A DNA stretch of 64,000 nucleotides from an uncultured Planctomycetota bacterium (lineage in GTDB: Bacteria > Planctomycetota > Planctomycetia > Isosphaerales > Isosphaeraceae). The notes below the pieces were generated by a model. The model worked only from the letters and a program-made list of their open reading frames with translations. It was not told the origin of the DNA and did no database searches. Where the stretch lies: positions 352,001 to 416,000 of the forward strand of contig CAWJTV010000020.1 of assembly GCA_963845755.1 (NCBI GenBank). Direction: 5' to 3'. Position 1 is the first letter of the stretch. The number at the start of each line of letters is the position of its first letter. The position numbers and the translations under genes were made by a program. Shown here piece by piece: positions 33,004 to 42,932 of the stretch.

Positions 33004-33341
33004 GGTCTGAGTCTCACACGGGAGTTGTTCGCAACGATCGGTGAGTCGGCCACCGTGGCAGCGACGGGGATCGCCTTGCCCCGCCGGTGAGCATATCGGA
33101 TGTGTTGACCGGTGGCCAGAGAGTTGCAGTTCGTATCCCGCGTCCGACCGGCCGGACAACCGATGTCCGAGTTTCTCGCGTCCGCATCTCCCATGTTTAT
33201 TGATGCCGAGGGTGCGACGAATGTCGGGATAATGCGGGACGGGTCGTAAGGTAAAGTCGCTCGATAATGATAGGGTCCGCGGCCGGGCGATCGAGCGGCG
33301 GTGGTCTGGGCGGACCTCAGATGCACAGCGAGGGACGAGCC

Positions 33342-34133
33342 ATGTCATCGACATTGAAGCGGACGGGGGTCCTGGTGGGCTCCGCGGTAGTGCTGGTCGT
33401 GGCAGTCGCCGCGGGCCAGGACCAAAAGGGGGCGCCGGCGGACGGGCGACGGATCGTGAGCGTCTTCAACTCGGTCGAGGGCCGCACGACCATCGTCTCG
33501 AGCCAGCCTCACGGGGCGAGAGTTCAGAAGGGCGACGTGCTCTGCGAGCTGGATCCCGGCGATCTTCAGGACCGGCTGTCGATTCAGGAAATCGTCATCC
33601 AGGGTGCCGAGGTTGAGGCCCAGGCGGCAAAACTCATCCGCGAGGCGGCCGAACTGGCCCGGACCGAGTACATCGACGGCCTTTTTCGGAAGGATCTCGT
33701 CACGGTCGAGGGCGAGATCAAGCTGGCCGAGGTCAATCTGACCCAGGAAGAGGATGCCCTCGATTGGACCCGGCGCATGTACGAAAAGGGCTATGCGTCG
33801 ATGGCCGCGAAAATCGCCGTGGAACTGAAGTTCAAGCAAACCCAGTTTGCCCTCGAGCAGGCTCACAGCAAACTCAAGGTCCTGGTCGGATACACCAAGA
33901 CCAAGACGATCAAGGAGTTATCGGGAGCGATCGAGACAGCCCGGTCTCGCGAGCTGGCCAAGCAGGCGGCCCTCGAACGGGAGCGGTCGATGAAGAAGCG
34001 GCTGGGGGACCAGATTCGTCGTTGCAAGGTCGTGGCGCCGGTGAGCGGACTCCTCCATCACGTGACGCCGATCGGACCAGGAGCGGTCCTGCATGACGGT
34101 CAGATTCTCTTCCAGATCGATCCTCGAGGGTGA
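33342..34133 (+). CDS. HlyD/membrane-fusion-like periplasmic adaptor (short; lipoyl halves + coiled coil)
   Basis: GARVQKGDVLCELD, long helical hairpin, CKVVAPVSG. Confidence 0.7.
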   Translation: MSSTLKRTGVLVGSAVVLVVAVAAGQDQKGAPADGRRIVSVFNSVEGRTTIVSSQPHGARVQKGDVLCELDPGDLQDRLSIQEIVIQGAEVEAQAAKLIREAAELARTEYIDGLFRKDLVTVEGEIKLAEVNLTQEEDALDWTRRMYEKGYASMAAKIAVELKFKQTQFALEQAHSKLKVLVGYTKTKTIKELSGAIETARSRELAKQAALERERSMKKRLGDQIRRCKVVAPVSGLLHHVTPIGPGAVLHDGQILFQIDPRG

Positions 34134-34194
34134 ATCCGTGAAGAAGGCGGAGTAACCAGCAACCCCATCGCTTTCGACCATTGGAGGCACTTCC

Positions 34195-35466
34195 ATGCGG
34201 ACGCTGTTAACGGGTTTCCTGGCGTGCGTGGTCTATACCCTGGCCTCGGCCTCGGTTGTCGGTCAACCCCCAGCTCCGCCTCCGCCGGAGGGGGAAGTAA
34301 ACCGAATCCGGACTCAGGAGGCGCTCGACCTCGCCCAGATCATGCAGCCGGTCGTCCTTTCATCTCTGGATGTTGACAAGGCAACCGCCGGCCTGTCGCC
34401 GGACAGTCATCCGGAACTCCTCACCTGGGAACGCGTCTACGCGCTGGCCCTGGTGTGCGCCCGAGGCGGCCATGGGCCGCATGCTGAGACTCTCGACCCG
34501 AAGGCCCTTGATGAACAGGCGACGCGGAATGGAGTCGCCGACTTTTCCAGGTTCCGCAAGGAGTTCCTCACGCCCAGTGCCGGTGAGGCGTTTCGCGACC
34601 CGAGCGGCGACTACCTCGAGCTCCTTGGCCGGCTCCAGAAGGTCGACCACGCGCGGCGCAACGTCGCATTTTATGAGAACATGTTGAAATTAATACAGGA
34701 ACTGATTCAAGGCGAGTCCGGGGGCCTGAGTCAGCTCCAACTTGACCTGGTGAACGCCTCGTTGGTCCAGGCTCGCCAGGGCCTGTCGGATGAGGTTGCC
34801 GACTTCCGCGATCAGCTCGAGGCGCTGAAGGTCTCGCTGGGTCTCTCGCCACACGCCCCGGTCATCCTGGACCGGCAGAGTGTCGCGGCCTTCCCGAGGG
34901 TGTCGGAGCAGGTCCAAGGCTGGCAAAGTCGAGCCGATCGTAGTCTCCGCGAACTTTCCCAGCTCATCGAGAGACTGCCGGCCCTGCGTGAGGTCACGGT
35001 CGGCGGCCGCCCCATCCTCGCGCTGATGGGAGGGAATCCGGATCAGCAGGAGGAGGTACTGACCCGTGCGGCTCGGTTCGCGATCCAGAATCGGAGCGAC
35101 ATCGACAAAGGCGCGGCTTCCGGAGATGCCGCCGCCACGCTCGAGCTGAACGTCCGACGACGGATCCGTCGGCTGTTCGAGATGCGACGCGCCTATGAGG
35201 GGCAGCAGCGAGGCTTCGAGCTGGCCATCCGGTTGCTGGATCAGGCGTTCGAGCAAGTCGTCGCCCCGTCCGCGGCCATCGTAGCGTCGCGCGGGGTGGC
35301 GCTCACCGGAATCCTCGCGCCGGAAAATCAGAGACGCCAAGCCGAGGACCGGCTCGTCAACTTCTGGGTTTCCTTCCAGACGGAGCGGCTGGCCCTCTAT
35401 CGGGAGCTCGGAATCCTCCCCTACGACGATTGGAACGCCTTCTTCAAAGACCTCTCGGCCCGATGA
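34195..35466 (+). CDS. Secreted helical protein, possibly TolC/outer-membrane-factor-related (paralog 1)
   Basis: Signal peptide; LSQLQLDLV, LKVSLGL, RLALYRELG segments; follows HlyD-like gene. Confidence 0.5.
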   Translation: MRTLLTGFLACVVYTLASASVVGQPPAPPPPEGEVNRIRTQEALDLAQIMQPVVLSSLDVDKATAGLSPDSHPELLTWERVYALALVCARGGHGPHAETLDPKALDEQATRNGVADFSRFRKEFLTPSAGEAFRDPSGDYLELLGRLQKVDHARRNVAFYENMLKLIQELIQGESGGLSQLQLDLVNASLVQARQGLSDEVADFRDQLEALKVSLGLSPHAPVILDRQSVAAFPRVSEQVQGWQSRADRSLRELSQLIERLPALREVTVGGRPILALMGGNPDQQEEVLTRAARFAIQNRSDIDKGAASGDAAATLELNVRRRIRRLFEMRRAYEGQQRGFELAIRLLDQAFEQVVAPSAAIVASRGVALTGILAPENQRRQAEDRLVNFWVSFQTERLALYRELGILPYDDWNAFFKDLSAR

Positions 35467-35550
35467 GCCATCGGTGGCGGCTTGCGTGTCGTCAAGGGCG
35501 ATGGTGGAATAACCGACAGCCAATTCCTTCTCGGTCTTGGAGGCATTCCC

Positions 35551-36843
35551 ATGCGGATGATCTCGATGCGATTCCTGGCCTGCGCCGTCTGTGTGTTGGC
35601 CCCGGTCTCGGTTCTCGCCCAACTCCAACCTCCCCCTCAACAGGAGGAGGAAAGGGACCAATCCTTCACGGCGCATGGCCTCGCGAAGGTGATAGAGCCA
35701 CGCATCCCTTCGTCTCTGGATGCAGTCCTTGACAAGGAGGTCGCCGGCCTGGCCGCGGGCCGTCATCCGGAGGTCCTGACCTGGGAACGCGTCTACGCCC
35801 TGGCCCTGGTCCGCGCCCGTGGCGGCGCTCGGCCGCGTACCGAGAGTCTCGACCCGAAGGCCCTTGCGGAACAGGCCGCGCGGTATGGGGTTGCCGACTT
35901 CGCCCGGTTCCGCAAGGAGTTCCTCGCCGCCGGTAGCCGTGACCATGACGGTCTCCGGGACCCGAGCGACGACCTCCTCGCGCTCCTGGGCAGGCTCAAG
36001 GGGATCGACCACACGAGACAGAATGTTACATTTTATGAGAATATCTTCAGATTAATGTCGGAGCTCGCTAAAGGTGAGTCTTCGGGAGTGACCCAGCTCA
36101 ATCTTGACCAGGTCGAGGACGTCAAGGTCAAGGCCCGCCAGAACCTGGACCACCAGATCGCCGAATACCGCAATCGTCTCGATCGGTTCAAGGTCGCGCT
36201 CGGCCTGTCTGTTCGCGCGCCGGTGGTGTTGGACCGGGAGAGTGTGGCGTCATTCGGGAGGGCGTTTGATCAGGCCCGGGACTGGCAAATGCGACCCGAC
36301 CGTACTCTCCGCGAACTTCCCCAGATCATCAAGAGACTGCCGGCCCTGGGTGAGGTCACGGTCGACGGCCGCCCCATCCTCACGCTGATGGGAGGGAATC
36401 CAGATCAGCAGGAAGAGGTACTGACCCGTGCGGCGCGTCTCGCGATCCAGAACCGGAGCGATCTCGACAAGGGCGGTGCTCCCGGAGATGCCGCCGCCGC
36501 CGCACTCGAGGTGAACGTCCGGCGCCGGATCCGTCGGTTGTTCGAGCTGCGCCGCGATTATGAGGCGCAGCAGCGACGCTACGAGCTGTCCATCCGGCTG
36601 CTGGATCAGGGGCTTGAGCAAATCTTCGCTCAGTCCAAGATCAGCGCACTCGCGATCTCGGCCAGGGTCGCCAGTGGCATCACCGGTCTCCTCGCGCCGG
36701 AGAATCAGCGGCTCAACGCGGAGGGCCAGCTCACCACCCTCTGGACTTCATTCCAGATGGAGCGGCTGGCCTTATACCGGGAGCTCGGAAGCCTCCCCTA
36801 CGACGATTGGAACTCCTTCTACAAAGATCTCTCGGCCCGATGA
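35551..36843 (+). CDS. Tandem paralog of preceding gene (paralog 2)
   Basis: Shares LTWERVYALALV, GRPIL.LMGGNPDQQEEVLTRAAR, RLALYRELG.LPYDDWN.F.KDLSAR. Confidence 0.6.
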   Translation: MRMISMRFLACAVCVLAPVSVLAQLQPPPQQEEERDQSFTAHGLAKVIEPRIPSSLDAVLDKEVAGLAAGRHPEVLTWERVYALALVRARGGARPRTESLDPKALAEQAARYGVADFARFRKEFLAAGSRDHDGLRDPSDDLLALLGRLKGIDHTRQNVTFYENIFRLMSELAKGESSGVTQLNLDQVEDVKVKARQNLDHQIAEYRNRLDRFKVALGLSVRAPVVLDRESVASFGRAFDQARDWQMRPDRTLRELPQIIKRLPALGEVTVDGRPILTLMGGNPDQQEEVLTRAARLAIQNRSDLDKGGAPGDAAAAALEVNVRRRIRRLFELRRDYEAQQRRYELSIRLLDQGLEQIFAQSKISALAISARVASGITGLLAPENQRLNAEGQLTTLWTSFQMERLALYRELGSLPYDDWNSFYKDLSAR

Positions 36844-37055
36844 GGCACCGAGGTCGGCTCGCTCGTCGTCAAGGTCGCCCAGGTCCGAGGATTCGGCACG
36901 ACCAGCTCCAGTGGTCGCTCGTTCCGGTTTTCCGGGAGTTCGGCTGATCCCAGGCCCTGTCCGAGCCGAACAATGATGTCTGCCTACTCGGCGCGGCGGT
37001 CCATGCCGACGGTCGGGATTCCCAGAACGGAACCGGAGAGACAAGGAGGTAGCCG

Positions 37056-37355
37056 ATGAGCCCCGATACCCAGACGACCTCGTCCGATCTCGTGCGCTGG
37101 ACGTTCACGATCAACCCGGACCACCGAACCGAGATCGAGAACCATCTGATTGACCTCGGCGCCGATGTCCTCGTCCGGGAGGGGAGCGAGTTCCTCGTGA
37201 CCTGGGATGAGCCCAATGAAGATCTGGCCGAGGTGGTCGAAGCCATCTGGTCCCTCAATGGCGAGCCGTTCGACGTGATCCAGGAAGAGTTCCAGCGGCT
37301 GGGTCTCCATACGCTCCATTTCTCCGAGGATGAGCCGGCCCAGGAAGCGGCGTGA
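37056..37355 (+). CDS. Small acidic hypothetical protein
   Basis: AAGGAGG RBS 5 nt upstream of ATG; 99 aa globular-looking sequence. Confidence 0.6.
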   Translation: MSPDTQTTSSDLVRWTFTINPDHRTEIENHLIDLGADVLVREGSEFLVTWDEPNEDLAEVVEAIWSLNGEPFDVIQEEFQRLGLHTLHFSEDEPAQEAA

Positions 37356-37371
37356 ATGGGGCTGAGCCGCG

Positions 37372-38242
37372 TCAGGAGAGCGGAATTTCCCGCGCGCGCC
37401 GCCCGGCCTGGTCGCGGAGCCAGCCATACCAGGCATCCAGGTGATCGCCGCGCGTTGCCGAGACTTGCAGGATCTGGATCTTGGGATTGACCTGCCTCGC
37501 ATATCCGATGCAGCGCTCCACGTCGAACTTGGACATACGGGAGCAGGTCGATCTTGTTCAGGATCATGAGTTCGCTTGCTCGGAACATGTGCGGATACTT
37601 GATCGGTTTGTCATCCCCCTCGGTGACGGAGACGATCACCACCTTCGCCCACTCGCCGAGGTCGAAGAGTGCCGGGCAGACCAGGTTGCCGACGTTCTCG
37701 ATCATCACCACCGAGCCTTGCGGCGGGTTGAGTTGTGGCAAGGCGCGGCCGATCATCGAGGCGTCGAGGTGGCAGGCCGTCCCTGTATTGATCTGGACGA
37801 CCGGGCAGCCGGTGGCTTGAATCCGCTGTGCATCGTGGAGCGTTTGCTGATCGCCTTCGATGACGGAGATCGGTATCTCCCCGCCCAGGTCGGTGATGGT
37901 GCGTTCCAGCAATGTCGTCTTGCCCGCCCCGGGTGAACTCACAAGGTTAAGGGCCAGGATGTCCCGGCCAGCCAGCCAGCCCCGGACCCGCTCCGCAAGC
38001 TGGTTGTTCCGGGACAAGACCTCCTGCTCGAGCGAGATGACGGTGCCGTGCTGATGAGAATGCGTGTGATCCTCGACATGGTCATGATCGTGGTCGTGGT
38101 GATGGTGATGGTGGTGCCCCTCGTGCCCATGATCGTGGGGATGTGAGTGATGATGGACGGGATTCAAGATGAGGGTTTCCCCGCTTTGCAGGTTGGTGAG
38201 TTTGGTCTCGGACTCGTCCGAGCAGCCGCAGGTTGCGCACAT
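37372..38242 (-). CDS. hypB: Hydrogenase nickel incorporation GTPase HypB (CxxCGC + His-rich N-terminus); frameshift near 37530
   Basis: MCATCGC, poly-His tract, [26 protein letters not shown]; shifted frame reads [15 protein letters not shown]...VSATRG to stop 37372. Confidence 0.92.
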
Positions 38243-38572
38243 TCAGGTCACCTCCATTTCCTTGATCTTGATCTCGCCACCAGCCAGCCATTGCAGGTCG
38301 CAGCTCCCACAGGAGCACATCCCGAAGGGTTGTTCGAGCGCGACCTCCGCGCCACACTCCCGACACTGAGCCCGGCCCGGGATCTCGCGGATCTCCAGTC
38401 GGGCACCCTCGACCGCCGTCCCCTCGCTGCACAGGTCGAAGCAGAACCGGATCGAGTCGGGTAGGATCAAGGCGTGCTGGCCGATCTCCAGCACCACGCG
38501 CGTGACCCGGGACTTCCCGGCGCGCTCGGCGACGATCTCAATGATCTCCTGAGCGATCCCCAGCTCGTGCAT
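38243..38572 (-). CDS. hypA: Hydrogenase nickel metallochaperone HypA
   Basis: MHELGIA, CREC and CSCGS zinc sites. Confidence 0.95.
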   Translation of the reverse strand: MHELGIAQEIIEIVAERAGKSRVTRVVLEIGQHALILPDSIRFCFDLCSEGTAVEGARLEIREIPGRAQCRECGAEVALEQPFGMCSCGSCDLQWLAGGEIKIKEMEVT

Positions 38573-38593
38573 GATCACCTTACACTCGATGGC

Positions 38594-38714
38594 TTACATG
38601 TTCTTCACCCTGAGATACCGGCCCGTGTCCGGTATGAACAGAACAACCCCGACCAGGCCCATGACGAGCAGAGTCAAGAGTCCGATGAAGAATCCCGCGA
38701 TGTCGCTCGAACAT
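38594..38714 (-). CDS. Small membrane protein of hydrogenase cluster (DUF6893-like), ~39 aa, one extra base near start
   Basis: AGGAGG RBS; reads M..SDIAGFFIGLLTLLVMGLVGVVLFIPDTGRYLRVKNM* after removing 1 nt. Confidence 0.65.
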
Positions 38715-38833
38715 GTCAGATCCTCCTAACCAGGCTATTCATTCGCTCGCGCCGGCTGTCAGGGCGGCCCAGGATTGCATTGGGTACGCCCCAGGGCCGA
38801 TGCGAGTGCACCCCCTGGCCCTTCTCAAGGGGG

Positions 38834-39406
38834 TCAGGAGGGTTCCCCATGCGTATTCAACACAACCGTGAAACGCTCTCGAGGCATCGTGCTCCGTTTG
38901 TGGGTCTCCGCGAGAAGGTTAGCGACGAGCGAATCGATGAGTGGGAGGGCCTCGTCCACGGCCCCCTCCACAGCGGCGCTCATTCCCATGACTGGGTCCT
39001 CGTCGGTGCCGAGCGTCTCGGGCTCACAGCCGACGAGGAGCACGCGCATGGGCTGGCCATTCAAGGCCCTCGCCAGGCGAAGGACCTTCACCGGATCCAT
39101 CCCGTGCGTCTGGATCAGCAGGTCGGCATCCTCGGGCCCGTTGGCGTCGCGAGAGTCCGGTTCGATCACGTAGAGCGTACCCGGTGTGCCGCCTCGCGGT
39201 GTCGCGTCCACAAGGATGGTCGCGTCGTAACCGTCGAGCAGCGCATAGGTGAGGTCAAAGCCCCTGATGCCGAAATCCACCACGCGTACTCCATCGGGAA
39301 GAGGGTGGGTACGGCTCGCCAGCCGTCGCGCCACCTCCGAGCCGAACGCGTCGTCTCCGAAGAAGATGTTCCCGATCCCGGCGATCAGGATCCTTGGTAT
39401 CGTCAT
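38834..39406 (-). CDS. Hydrogenase maturation endopeptidase (HupD/HyaD family)
   Basis: IAGIGNIFFGDDAFG, ILVDA, THGMDP, LVGCEP. Confidence 0.92.
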   Translation of the reverse strand: MTIPRILIAGIGNIFFGDDAFGSEVARRLASRTHPLPDGVRVVDFGIRGFDLTYALLDGYDATILVDATPRGGTPGTLYVIEPDSRDANGPEDADLLIQTHGMDPVKVLRLARALNGQPMRVLLVGCEPETLGTDEDPVMGMSAAVEGAVDEALPLIDSLVANLLAETHKRSTMPRERFTVVLNTHGEPS

Positions 39407-39717
39407 GGGTTGCCTCGTTCCTCGCATTCGATCGGCTCGAGTTCCTCGGGCCGGAAGAAGAACCGGTGGCCGGGTTTTCCCTCCGCGCCCAGGTCCTGAC
39501 CGGGATCCTCATCCACCGTGACGGCCACATGGACGCGATCCTCCAGGTCCTGCTCGATCGCGGCGATGGTGGCATCCTTCCCCTTCAGCGCCAGGTCGAA
39601 GATGTCGGCCGCGCCCAGTGGCCAGATCCGCACCCGGTCGCCGAGCTTGAACTCGACTCCGGCGACGCGAATGTGATCGATCCTCGGCGGTTCTTCCCAG
39701 GGCTCGCGGTCGTTCAT
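39403..39717 (-). CDS. Conserved hydrogenase-cluster hypothetical protein
   Basis: GDRVRIWP...ADIFDLAL.GK.ATI...GHRFFFRPEELEP; ATGA overlap with protease gene. Confidence 0.7.
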   Translation of the reverse strand: MNDREPWEEPPRIDHIRVAGVEFKLGDRVRIWPLGAADIFDLALKGKDATIAAIEQDLEDRVHVAVTVDEDPGQDLGAEGKPGHRFFFRPEELEPIECEERGNP

Positions 39718-39765
39718 GGGTTTGCTCGCTTCATACCTGTCATGTTGTGGAGAGAGTCCAGTCGC

Positions 39766-39903
39766 GGATTCGAGATTCCGGATTCGAGATTCCGGATTCG
39801 AGGGCTAATGTTCAATATTTAATAATCTTATTATCATATTATTATTTGTTAAATTACTTGAATATAATCGCGATTGTGAATCTCGAATCCGGGATCGGCA
39901 ATC
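39766..39903. repeat. Heptamer arrays in inverted orientation flanking a ~60-bp very AT-rich core
   Basis: gattcga gattccg gattcga gattccg gattcga ... AT core 39806-39868 ... gaatctc gaatccg ggatcgg caatc. Confidence 0.75.
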
Positions 39904-40911
39904 AGAGCGGCCGAAGGCCGCGGATGGTGCCATGGAGTCCCATGAGCTGTTCGCGCGCGATCGATTCCGTGCGTTCCAGGAGCGCTCGGGCTCGCTCGTC
40001 AACGTTTACCATCGCCCGCTTCTCGTCGTCGGTCAGAGTGAGGATTCGGAGGGTCAGGATCTCGTCGATCTCGGTGGAGTCGAACAGGTCTCCTGGGCTC
40101 TCCGGGGCGATCTGGGGATAGTCGTAGAGAATGTTCGGCGCCGAGAGCATGGTGTCCCGCGCCTCCCGATTCGCCGACCAGGACCGGCCAGGTCCCCAGG
40201 TTACAACAGGCTGCCGCGATCTCTCGCCAGGGCTCGGGTGGATCGATCGACGAGACGAAATCGCCGCCACGCGCACCGAGGATCGCGTGCGTGGAAACCA
40301 GCGAACGCAATAGGGACTCGTCGCGGCTCGACGGCGTGGATGTCTCGAATGGCGTGGTGTTCTCGATCCGCACTCGTACCTGGTAGAGTCCCTCCGCGAC
40401 GAGTTCGGCTGAGAGCTCCACAGACCCGGAGATCGACGCCTGCTCGCGGATCACGGTTCCCTCGAACGGGCCATGAGGACCGCGCAAGTGCTCCTCCTCG
40501 CGCCGTGAGGGGAAATGGAACGCGCGCGTTTGCGGCCGGGCGATGAGCGCTGCCAGATCGTGCGAGCCGACATCGATGTCACGCTCGACGGCTTCTTGCC
40601 AGTCGGACGGGAGCGCGAAATCAGGCTCGACAGCCGGGGCATGGGCTGGTCTCTCGACCCGGCGCAATTGAAGGTGGAGGAATCGGATCCGTACGCTCAC
40701 ACTCGCCGTTTCGCCGTTCGCGCACCTCCAGCAGGCATTCTGTTCGCGACATCCAGGGATCGGTCCCGTCCTGGGCCTCGCTGTATGACCGGGGATACAA
40801 CCCGCCGAACGTCCAGCGCTGGCGATTCTTCACGGACGGCCGATAGGGATAAAGGAGGTAGCCCTCGTAGAGGACGGCATGTGCGATCTGATCCACGAGC
40901 GCGGCGTTCAT
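39902..40911 (-). CDS. Conserved hydrogenase-cluster hypothetical protein; frameshifts near 40710 and 40150
   Basis: AVLYEGYLLYPYR..KNRQRWTFG, WQEAVER, NLGTWPVL, ILYDYPQIAPESPGDLFDSTEIDEILTLR. Confidence 0.75.
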
Positions 40912-41560
40912 CGCGTCACCGCCTTCCCGGCTTGCGAGAGGAGACATTCCAGGGCTTGCTCCCAGGTCGGCAGTCCCCGGCGCATCTTGAACGCGTGGAG
41001 TTCATCAAACACATCTTTTCGCAAGCAGAGCCAGGCCGTGTTGGGGTAGTAGAGATCCATCATCTCGCGCAGATTCGGACAGGCAGCCGGAACTCGGCCT
41101 CTTTCTCCCAGGAGATGGGGGCGGCTTGCAAGGCGCTGTCGTCCGTCGCGTGGAAGATGGTTCCGCTGAACAGGAGCTGGAGCGGGACCTCGCCATTCTC
41201 GAGCGCCGCGAAGTACTTGGTCGCGGCCACGTTGAAGTCGAACGTGCAGGGAATGGGCAGGTCGACAACGGTGTGGCCGGTGAATGACGGGACGACGAGG
41301 CTCGCGTGGGTCCAGAGGAGCCCGCGCAACGTCTGGCCCCAGCGCGCCGGCTCGCCGAACAGGTCGAGTAGTCCCCTCTGCTCGGCTGCGTCGTACCGAC
41401 GTCGGGTGGGCTCGATCCGGATCTGGCACCGCAGCGCGACAGCCGGGATCGGCAGAGGCCGCGGATCGGAGTCGCTGATCCGGAGCTGGAACACCAGATG
41501 GGGCGACGCGGCCATCGGCATCGGAGCGGCCCCGGCCACGTCAAAGGTCAGTTCCGGCAT
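40908..41560 (-). CDS. DUF6084-like hydrogenase accessory protein; frameshift near 41070
   Basis: LRCQIRIEP.RRRY, DLFGEPARWG, CTFDFNVAATKYF, LLFSGTIF, YYPNTAWL. Confidence 0.75.
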
Positions 41561-42194
41561 TCGGGGGCCCTCCACCAGGTCGCACGCGGTCGCGCAACTC
41601 ATCGAAGAAGCGCTTGATGCCGTCCCAGACTTCCGACCCGCCGGAGAGGCCCCGCCACTGGCTACGGAGCAGGCCGACGAGCTTGTAGCATTCATCGATC
41701 GGGACGCGGAAATAGTCGCGCGCCTGGCCCACGCGGTTGACCAGCAGGGCCTCCACATCTCCCTCCAGGTCGCGGAGGACCGGGTTCTCGGCCTCCAACT
41801 CTTGCCAGGCCTCCAGCGACAGGAGCGATTCCATCGCCCCCGCCGGGCTCGGGTAGAACGCCAGGACCCGGCCCGCCGGCGTGCTCCGGAAGAAGAACGC
41901 CAGGCCGATCGGCAGGTGAAGGCTCTCCCACTGAGCGTCGGTGATCTGGAAGTCGCCCAATGCCTCGACGCGACGCGGCACCCTGCGGAACCGGGCACCC
42001 TCGCGGTTGCTGAATAAGATTGCGCAAGCCGAACAGGCACAATGCAATTGGCGGCTGGCCGGCTCGACCAGGTGCTCGTGCTCGTGAGCCAGCGCGGCGC
42101 CGCAGAGCTCGCAGCGCTGCTCGGGCGGCCGCGGCCGTGCGAATCGGCGGAGCGCCATCAACGGGTTAACGGGCGTGGAGGTGATTGGCGTCAT
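41541..42194 (-). CDS. DUF5947-like hydrogenase accessory protein
   Basis: CELCG..HEHL, CACSAC, PIGLAFF, AFYPSPAGAMESLL, PIDECYKLVG. Confidence 0.78.
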   Translation of the reverse strand: MTPITSTPVNPLMALRRFARPRPPEQRCELCGAALAHEHEHLVEPASRQLHCACSACAILFSNREGARFRRVPRRVEALGDFQITDAQWESLHLPIGLAFFFRSTPAGRVLAFYPSPAGAMESLLSLEAWQELEAENPVLRDLEGDVEALLVNRVGQARDYFRVPIDECYKLVGLLRSQWRGLSGGSEVWDGIKRFFDELRDRVRPGGGPPNAGTDL

Positions 42195-42826
42195 CTCGGA
42201 GGTCCCACCAACGGCCGGCCGTCGCGCTCGGGACGGACTGATCCATTTCCAGGGCCGCTCCACAACTGCTCGACGGAGATGAAGCCGGACGACGGCGCGG
42301 GCGTCGGCTCGGCAACACCGTCGACCGCGATGCCCGTGGCGTCCGGCGCGGCGGCGACGATCGCCTCCTCGATCCGGTTCCGAAGGGTTTCCGACGACGA
42401 TGGGCAGCTCTGGCAGCTTCCTTTCATGCGGAGCCGCACCACGCCGTCGGTAATGCCCACGAGCTCGACCTCGCCTCCATGCGAGTGGAGGAATGGCCGC
42501 ACCGAGTCGAGCGCCTGTTGTACGCGAGTTTCCAGGTCCAGGGGATGGAGCCCGTGGAGCATCAGCAGACTGCCGACCAGGTCGTCGCGGGCCAGCTCGT
42601 CCAGGAGCGACCGGCCGGGCTCTCCGGCCGCTCCCAGGCGCTCGCAAACGCGAGAAAGGCCCATCCCGTGCAGGTCGAGGACGGCCTGAACCAGCTCCTG
42701 GGCACCGGCCCGCGTCGCGGGATCGGCCGATTGCTCGATCGTCTGGATCAACGACTCGATCCGCTCGATTCGCTGCCGAAATGCGCCGTTGACGGTCGGT
42801 TCCACGATCACCCCCCTGATTGTCAA
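42191..42826 (-). CDS. NifU/NfuA-like Fe-S scaffold protein
   Basis: LHGLHP, VRPFLHSHGGEVEL, GSCQSCPSS (CxxC). Confidence 0.88.
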   Translation of the reverse strand: MTIRGVIVEPTVNGAFRQRIERIESLIQTIEQSADPATRAGAQELVQAVLDLHGMGLSRVCERLGAAGEPGRSLLDELARDDLVGSLLMLHGLHPLDLETRVQQALDSVRPFLHSHGGEVELVGITDGVVRLRMKGSCQSCPSSSETLRNRIEEAIVAAAPDATGIAVDGVAEPTPAPSSGFISVEQLWSGPGNGSVRPERDGRPLVGPPR

Positions 42827-42840
42827 TGCGAGATTCCTTC

Positions 42841-42902
42841 GTAGGGTGGGTGAAACCCACCAGTGATAGGGACCCGATACTGGTGGGTTTCACCCACCCT
42901 AC
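42841..42902. repeat. GTAG-family REP doublet downstream of hydrogenase large subunit
   Basis: gtagggtgggtgaaacccaccag ... ctggtgggtttcacccaccctac, perfect 23-bp inverted repeat with GTAG ends. Confidence 0.88.
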
Positions 42903-42932
42903 AAAGGCCGGAGTTGTTATTCGGACCGTTTG

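Noticed and set aside
38040..38160. Repeat-like (GAT/GGT/GTG)n tract
   Set aside because: Encodes the His-rich nickel-binding region of HypB
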